NCBI GenBank assembly: GCA_907165135.1
Contig: OU015566.1
Span: 8,618,001-8,682,000, forward strand
Length of the DNA: 64,000 bases
DNA from: Oikopleura dioica
Taxonomy: Eukaryota; Animalia; Chordata
Direction: 5' to 3'
Each line of letters starts with the position of its first letter. The stretch's first letter is position 1. The position numbers and the translations under genes were made by a program. Shown here piece by piece: positions 1 through 11,120 of this stretch. The notes beneath the pieces were generated by a model. That model ran no database searches. It had not been told where the DNA came from and saw only the letters and a program-made list of their open reading frames with translations.

Positions 1-1286
1 CGATTCGAGTACATGCAAGGAATCTTCCGTCGACTTGCCGGAGATCTCCATGTTGGCTTCAATAACTCAATCTACCTTTCAGAGCGATCCGTTGCTGATA
101 GGGAGGGATCTTTAAAGAACACGCCTATTTCGATGCAACCTATTTTTGATCAATTGAAGCTTTTAGGTCAAGCTCATAAACCTGATTACCCCGTCGATCA
201 CCCGTTTTTATGTCATTCTGAGCCACTTTTTGAGCTCGTAAACTAAATATCTAGCTAATTACTTATTGAAAAATTCATGATTAATATCCCGAACAAGAAA
301 CTTCGCTCTTGGTCACTACATGCACGAGCACGATTGTTTCCCAGCTGGAACCAACCTTGAAAAGGTCCTCGAATTCTACTTCCAGCTCTGCTCCATCGAA
401 GCCAAGTGCGATTCTCACTGTGTCATGGCTGCTACCCTCGCCAACGGAGGAATTTGTCCAATTACAAACGACAAAGTCTACGAGCCACGATCCGTCCAAC
501 AGACACTTTCTCTGATGCTTTCGTGCGGTATGTACGATTACTCTGGACAGTGGGCTTTCCAGGTTGGACTCCCCGCTAAATCTGGTGTTTCTGGTTCTAT
601 CATCGTTGTTGTTCCAAATGTCATGGCGATGTGCCTTTACTCTCCTCCACTCGACAAACTTGGAAACTCAGCCAAGGGTATTGAGTTCATGAACAGATTG
701 CTCCAACGATTCAACTTCCATCATTTCGACAGGTATAATAATTTTATTTGATAACTTGACATTCAACTTAAAATTTAAGTTTAAATCATGCTGTCCAGAA
801 AATCAACCCTCGAAATAACATGATGAAGATTGAGGACAGTAACCGCACCTCATTATTCTTTGCTGTTGGAGCAGGCGAACTTGGACTTGTCAAGAAGTTT
901 TTCGACAGCGAATACGACTTCAACGCCAAGGATTGCAACGGCCGAACAGTTCTTCACGTCGCCAGTGCAGTTGGCGCTGAATCAATTGTCCGATTCTTGC
1001 TTGAAAAGACTGAGGTTGTAATCGTCGTATTCTTACGAAATAAACCTTCATTTCTAGCTGAAAGCTGACGAGCCGGATCTATGGGGCGAAACTCCGATGG
1101 ACATCGCTACCAAATATGGCTTTAATTCTATTACAGATATCCTTCGTTGCCGAGTTATTGCACAAACCATGCCTACTGTGTAAGTAACAGTAATTTTTTC
1201 AAGTTGATTCAAGCTTTTCTAGTGACGATTCTCCAAAATCTCCTGCCATCTCTGAAGGAGATTCGGGCGTCGTTTCTTCTGCCTAG
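1..1286 (+). CDS. GLS: Glutaminase with C-terminal ankyrin repeats (KGA-type), 5' part outside window
   Basis: Spliced translation [34 protein letters not shown]|[15 protein letters not shown]...[25 protein letters not shown]...[13 protein letters not shown] matches the glutaminase catalytic domain. Ankyrin repeats follow ([23 protein letters not shown]). Introns at 102-297 (GG-AG), ~732-779, ~1015-1057 and ~1180-1222; stop TAG 1284-1286. Confidence 0.95.
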
Positions 1287-1458
1287 TGTCTGCGCCTTGA
1301 AATTAATAAATTTTTTGTGTAAATCACATTATTTGAATAATTTGTCTCCTCTACTTTATGTTCGATCTCCAGGGAATTCTAAGCACAAGTGAGCATCAAT
1401 TAAAAATAATTACTTTTTTCCTGCGGTAAGGCGAAAATTCTGCCAAGCAGTTGAACGA

Positions 1459-2287
1459 ATGAAGACAGTAAGAATGATAACAAAGAGAATATCAACCCCA
1501 AAAAGGTCACTTGTACTGGTTTTGCTACAATTTCCTTTATGTCTTCAACTGGTCGGAGTTTGTACAGATCACTGGATCGAGGGCAGAGAAAATTGGTTCG
1601 TGAAAGATGAACATAACCACATTCAAGTGACTTGGATGGTTATTGATAGTACTCAGGTTGGCAAATATTGTATGCTTTTTATCAGTCTGATAGGGGCTCA
1701 AACGATTATGTTGCCGAAGTGAAGAGTGTTATGGGCAATGCCGGCCAATAAACTTCACCGATTTGAGCAACGGAGAGACGAAAGAAATGATGAGCACTTG
1801 GGAACGCTATTTGTTCTCCGCCCGCGAAAGTTCAGTTTTTCTCAAATTTGCAGTCGTTTGTACCACCTTAACGACTGTCATAAAGATTCTCTACCCTCGA
1901 AAGTATATTCTTCACTCACTCATTCTAACAATATCCGCGATGTTTGGTTTCTTCGGTCTTACCGCATTCCTAGCAGTCACAGAAAAGTACCGAGCCGCGG
2001 AATACGAGTTTGGGGTTTCTTTTTACGCTGTTATGCTTGGAGTTTTGCTTGAAGGACTTCTCGCACTAGTGCTACTAGAAGACCGCGAATCAGTGGAACC
2101 TTATGCGCTCTCAGAATACTCAGTGATCACATCGCGTCTCACGACAATCCCTAATAGCTCCTTGGAATCACAGTCTTCTTCTGATTCAACTGCCAGCAAG
2201 GAAGAACTGCACTTATCATCGACAGAATGCTTGCTTTACGACGCAGAGCCGCGCATTTTCGGGAAGAAAAGATCTATCAAAAGGTAA
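1459..2287 (+). CDS. Claudin/PMP22/EMP-family tetraspan membrane protein
   Basis: N-terminal TM, then TDHW, and after a short intron GLKRLCCRSEECYGQC (claudin W-GLW-C-C-like signature). Three further hydrophobic segments, a FGVSFY motif and a Ser-rich tail follow. Confidence 0.7.
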
Positions 2288-2499
2288 GAGCCTAGCAAAT
2301 GGTCCCATAGGAGCTCGTAATCATTATCAGAGTCTAAATCTGCTTTTAAGAATGACACCTATTCCCGAGTTGCCAAGCCCGACCAGCCAGGGAGAATCTT
2401 TAATAAGTTTATAAAACTGCTCAAATCACTGATTGCAAATAAAACAAAAGCGTTAATGGAGGGGTAAGAAATATTTATTCAAATTCAAAAAGCAAAATT

Positions 2500-5400
2500 T
2501 CACGTCCCAACAGTCACTCCAACATTATTTTGAGTAAAGTGATCAAAAAGTGTTTCCTTCTTCTTAACTTTTTCTTTATCCAACTTCGTTTCTTGATACA
2601 GCTTGAAAAGACCAGTTCCGAGTTCGATTGGGACCCCAAGAATCAAAGCAGCACTAGGTCCAGCGAGGGAGTCCCTCTGTCCGTAGTAGGCCGCGTTGTA
2701 AAGAATGTCCGATGTTTTTTCGAAAGAGGACAAGTGAAGCGGCGAGTTCGAAACGTTCGCCAATCCAATTCTTGTACAACCAAATACTGAAAAAGAAAAA
2801 TAGTAGAAAAGGCGATCAGTTCAATTGACAAACCTGGACCAGTGTAAGTCATGTAATCAGCCAACATCATCAAGTGACGCCTATCAACGTGGATTCCGTG
2901 GTGCCCCATCGTATTTTCCATCTCGTTTATAATCGTGCTTCGCGCCGCTTCAATTCCAAGAATCTCAAACACCTTCGGAATGTGATTCGAAGACGTTCTT
3001 TCCAGTCGATTCCTATCACAATTCGTAAGCAATAATGAAAATAAATTCAAATACCTCTTGTGGCCAAAACGCCTCCCAAATCGTTTCCATCAATAATCAT
3101 TTCGAAAAATCCTTCTTTTTTGTCTTGATGACTGATAACAGCACGGTTGATTTCTTTCAGTCCTTGAACAAGAACTGCACAAATTGAGTCCTTCAGATTC
3201 GGCAGGCTCATTTGCCATTCTTATACGAGTTTTTCAACATGTTACATTCGAATAGTCTCAGTGAATATAGAATAAACTTTCCTGCGTCATCGTTAAAAGA
3301 AGAATGAATTGTCAAAATCGACTCTCCGTGAGCAATAATCTGCCCGAGTTTCAGCTTCAAGGATGAAATAGCGATCGAATGCTTGATAGATTCGACGGTC
3401 ACGCGCATTTTCAGCAATCTAACTCGCTTCGTGTCCAATTTGAGGAGCAAAAATGACTCGTCCGCGTTGTGCACTTCTTGAATGTACTCACAAATTTCTC
3501 CTAATGTTGTCTAAATAACGGATTTTTATTAACATATAATAGTTTAAGCAGACCTTTTCAATCTTTGAAGCTACTTCTTGTGCGAATTCTTTCGAGTCTT
3601 CAGTTGTTAATTTAGCCATAATGATGGGTGTCTTGATCTTTTGCGTATTGTTGATAATCTGCTCAATTCGCGGAACACCTTGCGTGATATTCATAGAAGC
3701 AACACCGGCGAAATGGAAAGTCTTCAGCGTCATTTGAGTAGCTGGTTCACCGATGGAAGTGGCACAAATTGCACCAACACAAGTTCCTGGCTCCATTCGG
3801 GCTTTGAAATACTTCAGCGCGCATCGCTCGACGAAGAGTTCGACTAGAAAAAGTTTTTAGATTCTCGCTCCTCTTTTGAGTCGGCGTCCGGTATATATAT
3901 CCTAGCGGTGAGAAATTTAGTTCAGTTTATAACGAGAGATATGAATGGTTTTACTTCCCGGTGATTTTTACGCATTCTGTATTATTGTTATCAAAATAAG
4001 AGATAATTTTATCTTGCTCTTCTGCCAAACTGATTCCGATCTGATAACTAAAGAACGTGGGACCCACTCTTGGCGGGTGATTTCTTGAGTGGCGCCCTCT
4101 TTCGGCAGCTGCATCCCATAAAGATGAATAGTTTTTGAAAGTTTTATTGAAAATATTGAAAGAAAAAGCCTTATTCAGAATAAGTTATTCTAGATTTAAA
4201 AAACACGAGATGGGCTGCTGGCTATTCGACACCGATTCAGAGGAAGAATACGATGATAACAACTGGGAGTATCACTTCAAAGTAATGAAGAATAGAAATG
4301 AGCGAAAGGAATTGAAGCTCATCAAATGGATGGGGGTAAAACTAGTGCTGGAATCCTAAAAAATACGTAAATTACTCTAGGAATTGGCAGAGGAGATCGA
4401 GGAACGAGAGGAACGGGTGAAGAAATTGCAAGATGCTCTGGATCAAACTCTCAAGTCGGTACCAAATTCTGATGTGGATGATGAAATCTTCAAAAAGCGA
4501 ACTCGAAGAGGGGCGTATGCCAATCAAATTGACACGAAAGAACTCGAGAATGCGAAGGCTTTCCTGAATGCTGCAAAAGGGGACTACGAATATATGGAGG
4601 AAAAATTAGGCTCGTTTCATATAAGTTTTTTGATATAAGTGTTACTTGAAGAGTAGGAACAAATATAGTGAAACGAATAAAAAGAAGAAATCAGAAAGGA
4701 TAACGAGTTGTACGATCTGGAAGATAAGCCCGGAAATGAAGAAGAAGAGTGAAGGAGATAAAAAAGAAGAAGAGTGACGAAAGTTATTTTGAATGTTTGG
4801 TTAGAACGAATAAAGATTGTTGAAAAAAACTACCTTGTTTAGCTGTTGTTCGCATGGCCTGATAGTTCGCTCTTTCATCATCAGATTTCGCATAAACTCC
4901 GTAGCTCTCCCAATGGCGCTTGACAATGTCAGCTTGTTTATCAGCAAATTCGATAGTTGTTTTGTCCAAAAAGTTTCTAAAGCCGACTCCAAATCCTTCG
5001 TCATTATATTTGAATCGTTTATCTTGCTTGACTTTCTCGACAGCTTCTCTCACCACATCTCTAATTTCATCGCTACAGATAGTTCGGTCATGCTTCCGAC
5101 CGAATCGGCAGATCGAATCTGTCCAAACTCGATCAAAATCGACCGGACGAGAGTCTCCCTCCATCTCTTGAGGGTCGAGCTGATCTTCTCCGTAGGTAAA
5201 CTGGATCACTCGATCGTCAGTGTTTCTTACTGTTCCGTCATACTGGACACACAAACCTTCCAAAGCCTGATTTGAGGATGAAAATACGTTCTTATTAGAA
5301 GTAAAATTGGGTAAAGAGAAATATAGATCCGTTCCTTGACTAATCGACGCTGCATATAACCCGTTGAAGCAGTTTTAACAGCCGTATCGACGAGACCTTC

Positions 5401-8226
5401 TCTTCCACCCATTGTATGGAAGAAAAACTCAGTCGGAGTCAGTCCAGAAAAGAAAGAGTTCTGGACGAAGCCACGTGATTTCGGATTCTTCGAGTCTCTT
5501 TCAAAATGAGGCAAGGAACGCGCTTCAAAACCGTTTGGAATTCGACTACCAGACAGGACCTGCTGACCGACGCAGGCAACCATTTGGGCAATATTAATGT
5601 TTGAACCTTTGGAACCACAGAGTGCCATGTTGAGAGGCGTATTGAACTTTGACAGCTCGGCAAAACATGCTTTAGCTGCGTCGTCTCGAATTTTCGAGAG
5701 CTCTTTTTGGACCACGTTTTCTAGTGTTTCATCTGCTGTACACCCAGGCTAAACACAGTTAATATTTGAATACAAAGAAGGCCTACTTGTAGTTTCAATT
5801 TATTATGTTTCTTGGCAAGAATATGCTCGTCAACTTTTCTATATTGCTCGTCAATGACCCTCATTTTCTTCTTCAACAAATTCTCCGACGCCCAGACATC
5901 ACCAATACCAATAGAAAAGCCTCTGTTACTCAAGTATCTAGGGCCGATTCTGCACATGCGCCACATTGCCTGTGCAGCTGCTTCTTCTCCGTAATCTCGT
6001 GTCAACATGTAAAAGACCTGTTTCTTCGAGCCCGAGCCAAGCGAGTTTTTGTCCATCGTACCAGCCACGAGCTCAGAATTACGGATCAACACCCACGAAT
6101 CATTGCAAATCATCTCAGGCGAGCCTTTTGAATAACCAACACACTCTCGTCCTCGCCACTCCCATTTTCCAGAAGCGTTCTTCGCTGGAGCTTCAAATCT
6201 TTTTGCCTTCGAGCTCAGGTTGATCAACTCATTCGAGTTGCGATTTGGACGAAGAAGACAGGAAAACACTTGCTTTCCGGACCAAAGAGGGGTCGGCTTC
6301 AAAATGCAGGGCTGTGGGATGCGAAGTCGACCCTTGTTTCTCGCGGTGACTGTTGTGATGAGCCGTAAAAACTCTTAAAATTATGTTTTACTTATTGAAC
6401 TCATAGAGATAAAGCTCACCTGAGTGGGTGAAAAAGACATCTTTCTGAGTTAGCAAGTACATCGAAGTGATGAAATCCTGAATAGAAGCGACGAGGGGCT
6501 CTCCAGACCTACAAGTCAGCGTATTAGACTTTACGCCCATAAGAACCATCGCCTCCGATCGAGCTTCGTTCGTTTGAGGGAGATGGACGTTCATTTCATC
6601 GCCATCGAAATCAGCATTGTAAGGAGCACAGACACATTCGTTGAATCGAAAGGTCTTCCAAGGCATAACTTTGACTTGGTGACTCATCATCGACTGGCGA
6701 TGAAGGGAAGGTTGACGGTTGAAGAGAACAATATCCCCATCATGCAAATGTCTGTGGACGGTATCACCGATTCGGAGCTCTTTAGATTTTTCATCCCTTC
6801 TTCTTTTTTCGCGTAAGAACGTAAGATTACATTTTTCTCCATTTTTATACAGGATTTCATTCGCACCAGGATATTCACCGCCATTTTTGACAAGATTTTT
6901 CATCTGCGCAATATTGTACCGTGTAACTTGCTCTGCAAAGGTCAGCTTTTTTGCGACATCGATAGGAATGCCGACTTGGTCGATGCGCAAGTTTGGATCT
7001 GGCGAAATGACGGATCGAGCGGTAAAGTTCACTCGTTTGCCTTGAAGGTTTTGGCGGAATCGTCCTTGTTTTCCCTTGAGTCGCTGGACAAGAGACTGGC
7101 GCGGCGTATCCTTGATCCGGAATTGCGACGGAAACGCGTTCAAGTTGACGCCAGAATTGATCATCAAGGCATGTAGAGACTGAAGTACGTCCCAGGATGG
7201 GCCTACATGACTCGTTCTTCCTGCAATATCCTTTCCATCAAGAATTGCTCGTTCAAGACCAGAGTTAATCTTGAGAATATGCATCAGACTCGCTGTCAGA
7301 TCATCCTCGTTCGTTCCTTGTCGGATATCAGACGTTACCGAAGGCCTGATAACTGATGGAGATACTGGAATCTGCGTCAGTATCAAATCTGATGGGTGAA
7401 CTGAGTCGACAGCCATACACAACAGCGGGTAATCTTCTTTTGGGATGTTTTCGAAGAGCTCTTGTGCTCTGCAAGCATCGATCGTGTGGCCAACAACTTT
7501 CTTCATGCTTTCCTTTAGGTCCTTTGATGCTGCCGGGTCGGTTAGTGCAAGTTGCATGTCTTTTTTGAACTCGGTTTGGCTCGGGTGATCTTGGATCCGG
7601 CTAGTTTTTGCGCCAGTGTTTTTGAACTTGTATCGCTCGTGGAGAAACTTGTGAAAGCCGACCTTTTTCACTGGTCCGTTGTACTCGGAGCAATGGAAGC
7701 AGGCCTTTGGTACTTTTTTCACCAAAGCCATGATGACTTTTTTCAAGGATGTTTTCTGGTCGTAGGTCATCTTTGCATTGTCCAGCTTTTTGCGAAAATA
7801 TTCACGGGTGTTGATCTTATTCGCGTTCTTGACGACATTTCCTTTCTCGTCGACGTCGTCATCGAGCAACACTCTCGAACAACCCTTGCAGATCATTTGC
7901 AGGAGATTATAAGTATGAGGTAGATAGCCAGTGTGGAAGATAGGCAAGGCGAGTTTGATGTGTCCAAAGTGACCCGGACAAGCTATCCGGTCATTTCCAC
8001 AAGTGGGACACATCGCACCTTTTTCAAATGGACCTAGTTTTGGATCAAACACGCCGTGCTGCGTTGGCTCCTTCTTGTCAGGCTTTTCGGGGTTGTAAGC
8101 GTGGTAGTTGTTGACTTCAACGACCGAGTAGTCCGAAATGATCTGCGGCGGGGGGACGCCGAAGATCATACTCGCGGGGGTGAAGATTTCCCCCGTTTCG
8201 CGGAACTGTTCTTTTTGGGAGGCCAT
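2500..8226 (-). CDS. POLR3A: RNA polymerase III largest subunit RPC1
   Basis: Starts [10 protein letters not shown]. Contains Zn motifs (CPTC..CPGHFGH), [20 protein letters not shown], catalytic [11 protein letters not shown], bridge helix [25 protein letters not shown], trigger loop [20 protein letters not shown], and C-terminal [13 protein letters not shown]. About 9 exons, including a ~1.8 kb first exon and a 990-nt intron (3844-4833). Confidence 0.97.
4210..4780 (+). CDS. Orphan acidic/coiled-coil protein nested antisense in a POLR3A intron
   Basis: ATG 4210 ([16 protein letters not shown]...), in-frame 45-nt GT-AG intron 4336-4380, then exon [20 protein letters not shown]... A probable GC-AG intron follows at ~4610; the 3' end is uncertain. 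Confidence 0.6.
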
Positions 8227-8391
8227 TTCGACTGTCAATCTACATCAGGAAATAAATAAGTAAACGTAAAAACTATTTTTGGATTGATTGATTGGTGTAC
8301 TAGTAGAATTGGGATAGAGTATTCAGTCATGTATTGTATGAATTAATTGTGATGAAAAATTGCAGGGGATTTTTGATAGGAACAACTGTAT

Positions 8392-9488
8392 TTAGCTATA
8401 AGCAAAGTACAGCGTTTTCACTGTTTCGTCAGAGGCAAAAGTATTGCAAATGGGGCAGGATTCTTTCTTCTGGAACCAGCTGTTGATGCACAGGGCTCCG
8501 AAGACATGCCCGCAGGGGAGAGCGACCGGATCATGATTCATGGCCGTGTCAGAACAAATGACACATTCAGGGAGCATGCCCGGCTTGGCAGGAGTGAGGT
8601 TCTTGATTTTGATCTTTTCGGGCTTTTTGGGCTTTCGGGTGTTTTCAAAATTGCTCGAAAAAGAAGCAAAGAATCAAAAAAGAAAACACTTTCCTTTGGC
8701 GGTTTTGTTTTCTGATGATTTTCGAGTTTCTTTTTGAGTTGTTTTATCTCGAATTCCATATTGGTGATCGTTTTCTCCGACTTGCTCAAGTCTTTCGTCA
8801 TTTTTGAATTGGCAAATTTTACGTCATCCATTTTCGATTTCAAGCTTTTGAGTTCTTTGGAGTGTTGCTTTTGATTTGACTCCATTGATTCGATTTTGTT
8901 CTTCTTCTCGTTGATCAGGTTTGTTTTTTCTTTCATCAGGCTCTGCAATTTTGTATTTTCAGTTTTGAGTATTGCTCGTTCGATTTCCAGCGATCCGAGT
9001 TTCTTTCGCATGCATTCGCACTCCTCTGCGTAGATATTTTCTACGTCGACGGAGACTTTGAGGTTTTCAATTTCTTCGTTTTTCTTTTCCAACTGCTTCT
9101 CCATCTTAAAAAGTAATCGAAAATGAGCGTCAAGGAAGCAGAAACTTACGAAGCTCATTTGACTCTTGAGCTCTCGCTGAATTCGATCTTGTTTTCGTTG
9201 ATAGGTTTTCATGAGAGTACTTCTGTAGCATTCCGTATCGTAGTATCGCAAGAATACTTCCTCTGGCGTTTCGTATTCTGAAGCTGATCCCTTAAAACTC
9301 GAACGCGAAAAGACACCCTTACCGTTTTTAACTTCGTTTGGATAATAAACCAAAAAGTTCCAGTTTCGTTTCAGCGATTTCCAAGTGAAAAATTTCAGTA
9401 TTCGAAAGTGCGTGAAAACGAAGTGAACAACAAGCCCTGTGAAAAGAATCCTCCACGAGCCGAAGTACCAGCTGATCAGGATTAGCAA
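8392..9488 (-). CDS. Coiled-coil protein with C-terminal RING finger (RFWD3/TRAIP-like RING)
   Basis: A long K/E-rich coiled-coil ORF is followed by CVICSD...ALPCGHVFGALCINSWF...CPICN...LYF. The start and the junction joining coil to RING frame are not fully resolved. Confidence 0.65.
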
Positions 9489-9564
9489 GCAGAGGATATC
9501 TAACGAAACAGCGCTAGAAAATCATCGTTTGAAAAATATTATAAAAAGAAAGATTTCAGAGGTA

Positions 9565-10311
9565 AAAAATGGAACCGCGCGTCACGCGACCTTTTCTTTG
9601 CTCCAGCTCAAAGCTGCGAGCATCTTCTCAAGTCAATTGAGAAACTTACAGTAAGTAGTTTTTGAAGAGCTTCAATGTTCCAAGAGTAAGCGGCATTTCT
9701 GATATTTGTCGTTCTCTGCAAAAAGGATGAAAATGAGATTCGTTGAGATTTCATAGAAGTGTGAGTTTTCAACCCTTTTTCCTTTCAAGAGCCGCGTTGA
9801 AATCCATTTGGAACTGTTTGTGCTTGTGTTGTTCCATCGCCTCTCTTTGAAGCCTTCGAATTTCGTGGCTTTCCAGATCTTCGTCAAAAAGCATGTTGTA
9901 AATTCTTTCAAGTGCTGTTCCGGGTCCTCCGTGTTTTCTGTAGAACTCCTTGTTGAGGCACTCGCTGGGAATGTACTCCAAATCCGACGATTCGGAATCA
10001 TCTTTCAATCTGGTTAAATTTTGCTCGTGTTTCTGACATTCGAGACAGTAGCAATTTAGAATTTTCCGGGGCAAAGTGTACGGGTAGACGTTCCAGTAAT
10101 ACTTGGCCAAAATAATGGAGAATTTTACGATTAATTGGCCAATGGCGTAGAGAAACGCTGGAATTGCTGTAAAATCGAATTCGTATTCTATCTCTTTTTC
10201 TTTCTTTTTGACGTCTTTCGCTTTATTTATGGGCATTTTTTTCTTTGGCCAAAGTCGCATTACAATTGGAAATCCGCGGGCTCTTGTTTGCTCGAATAAA
10301 ATTTGACCCAA
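9565..10311 (-). CDS. Orphan protein with one predicted TM segment
   Basis: 180-aa ORF with hydrophobic IPAFLYAIGQLIVKFSIILA. It is extendable through a putative GA-AG intron (9716-9781) to ERERQISEMPLTLG. No recognised family. Confidence 0.5.
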
Positions 10312-11120
10312 TGGGGCAATTTCAAGTCGTTTTTACGATTTCATTCTGATTGCATCTGACTGACCGTGACCGACAAAAAGCAATAAAAGAAAATCGACGA
10401 TGATATTAGTAATAAAAAGACGAATGGAAGATCTTGAGATCTCTAGAAAAAGAACTCTTTTCAAAGATTGAAAATTAAATTCTAGAATTAAAATTTAACC
10501 TATCCTGGTGGTCTTAGATCCCGTTTCTTCGGCATTCTCCCTTTTCTTTTAACCAATTTCTTGAGAATATCGCGGAAAAGGAGCGACGAAAAAGGTTCGT
10601 ACACGGGAGAATCTACGAGCGGCGCTGATTGGTCGCCCGAGAAAGCGAGTAACCAACGATTGCTCGAGACATTATCAGAATTCTTCACGAATTAATTTTG
10701 CCTCTCCCTAAAGATCAGGCTCTATCGCGATGTTCTGTTTTATAAGCAGGTGCAGAGAAGGAAATATCATCATTTGAGAGACAGCGGAAACTATTTATAT
10801 TTTTAGAGAACTAATAAAAAAGAAGGGTCAGGAATACACTCTGAAATCGTTATCGAAAATCGTCAAAATAAACAATGAAAGCACATAAAGTCGAGAAGCC
10901 ACTTGCGGCTCCGAGAAAAAAAATGAAGCGCGTCTATTTCATCTCCAGCTCGAAGCCGCGAGCGGCTTTTCGGGTTTATTCAATTTACCTTTTACTACTT
11001 CTTTTTTTCAAATTTTCTTGCCTTATTCAAATATTGTTTATCAATTATTCCTGTTTTCTTTTCCATATTTTTTCACCCAAATTTAAAAGTCCGAATTTTC
11101 AGAACTCGGAACGGGAAAGA

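Noticed and set aside
2500-8226. POLR3A as a specialised divergent polymerase paralogue
   Set aside because: All catalytic motifs are intact, and the divergence matches the generally fast evolution of neighbouring genes.
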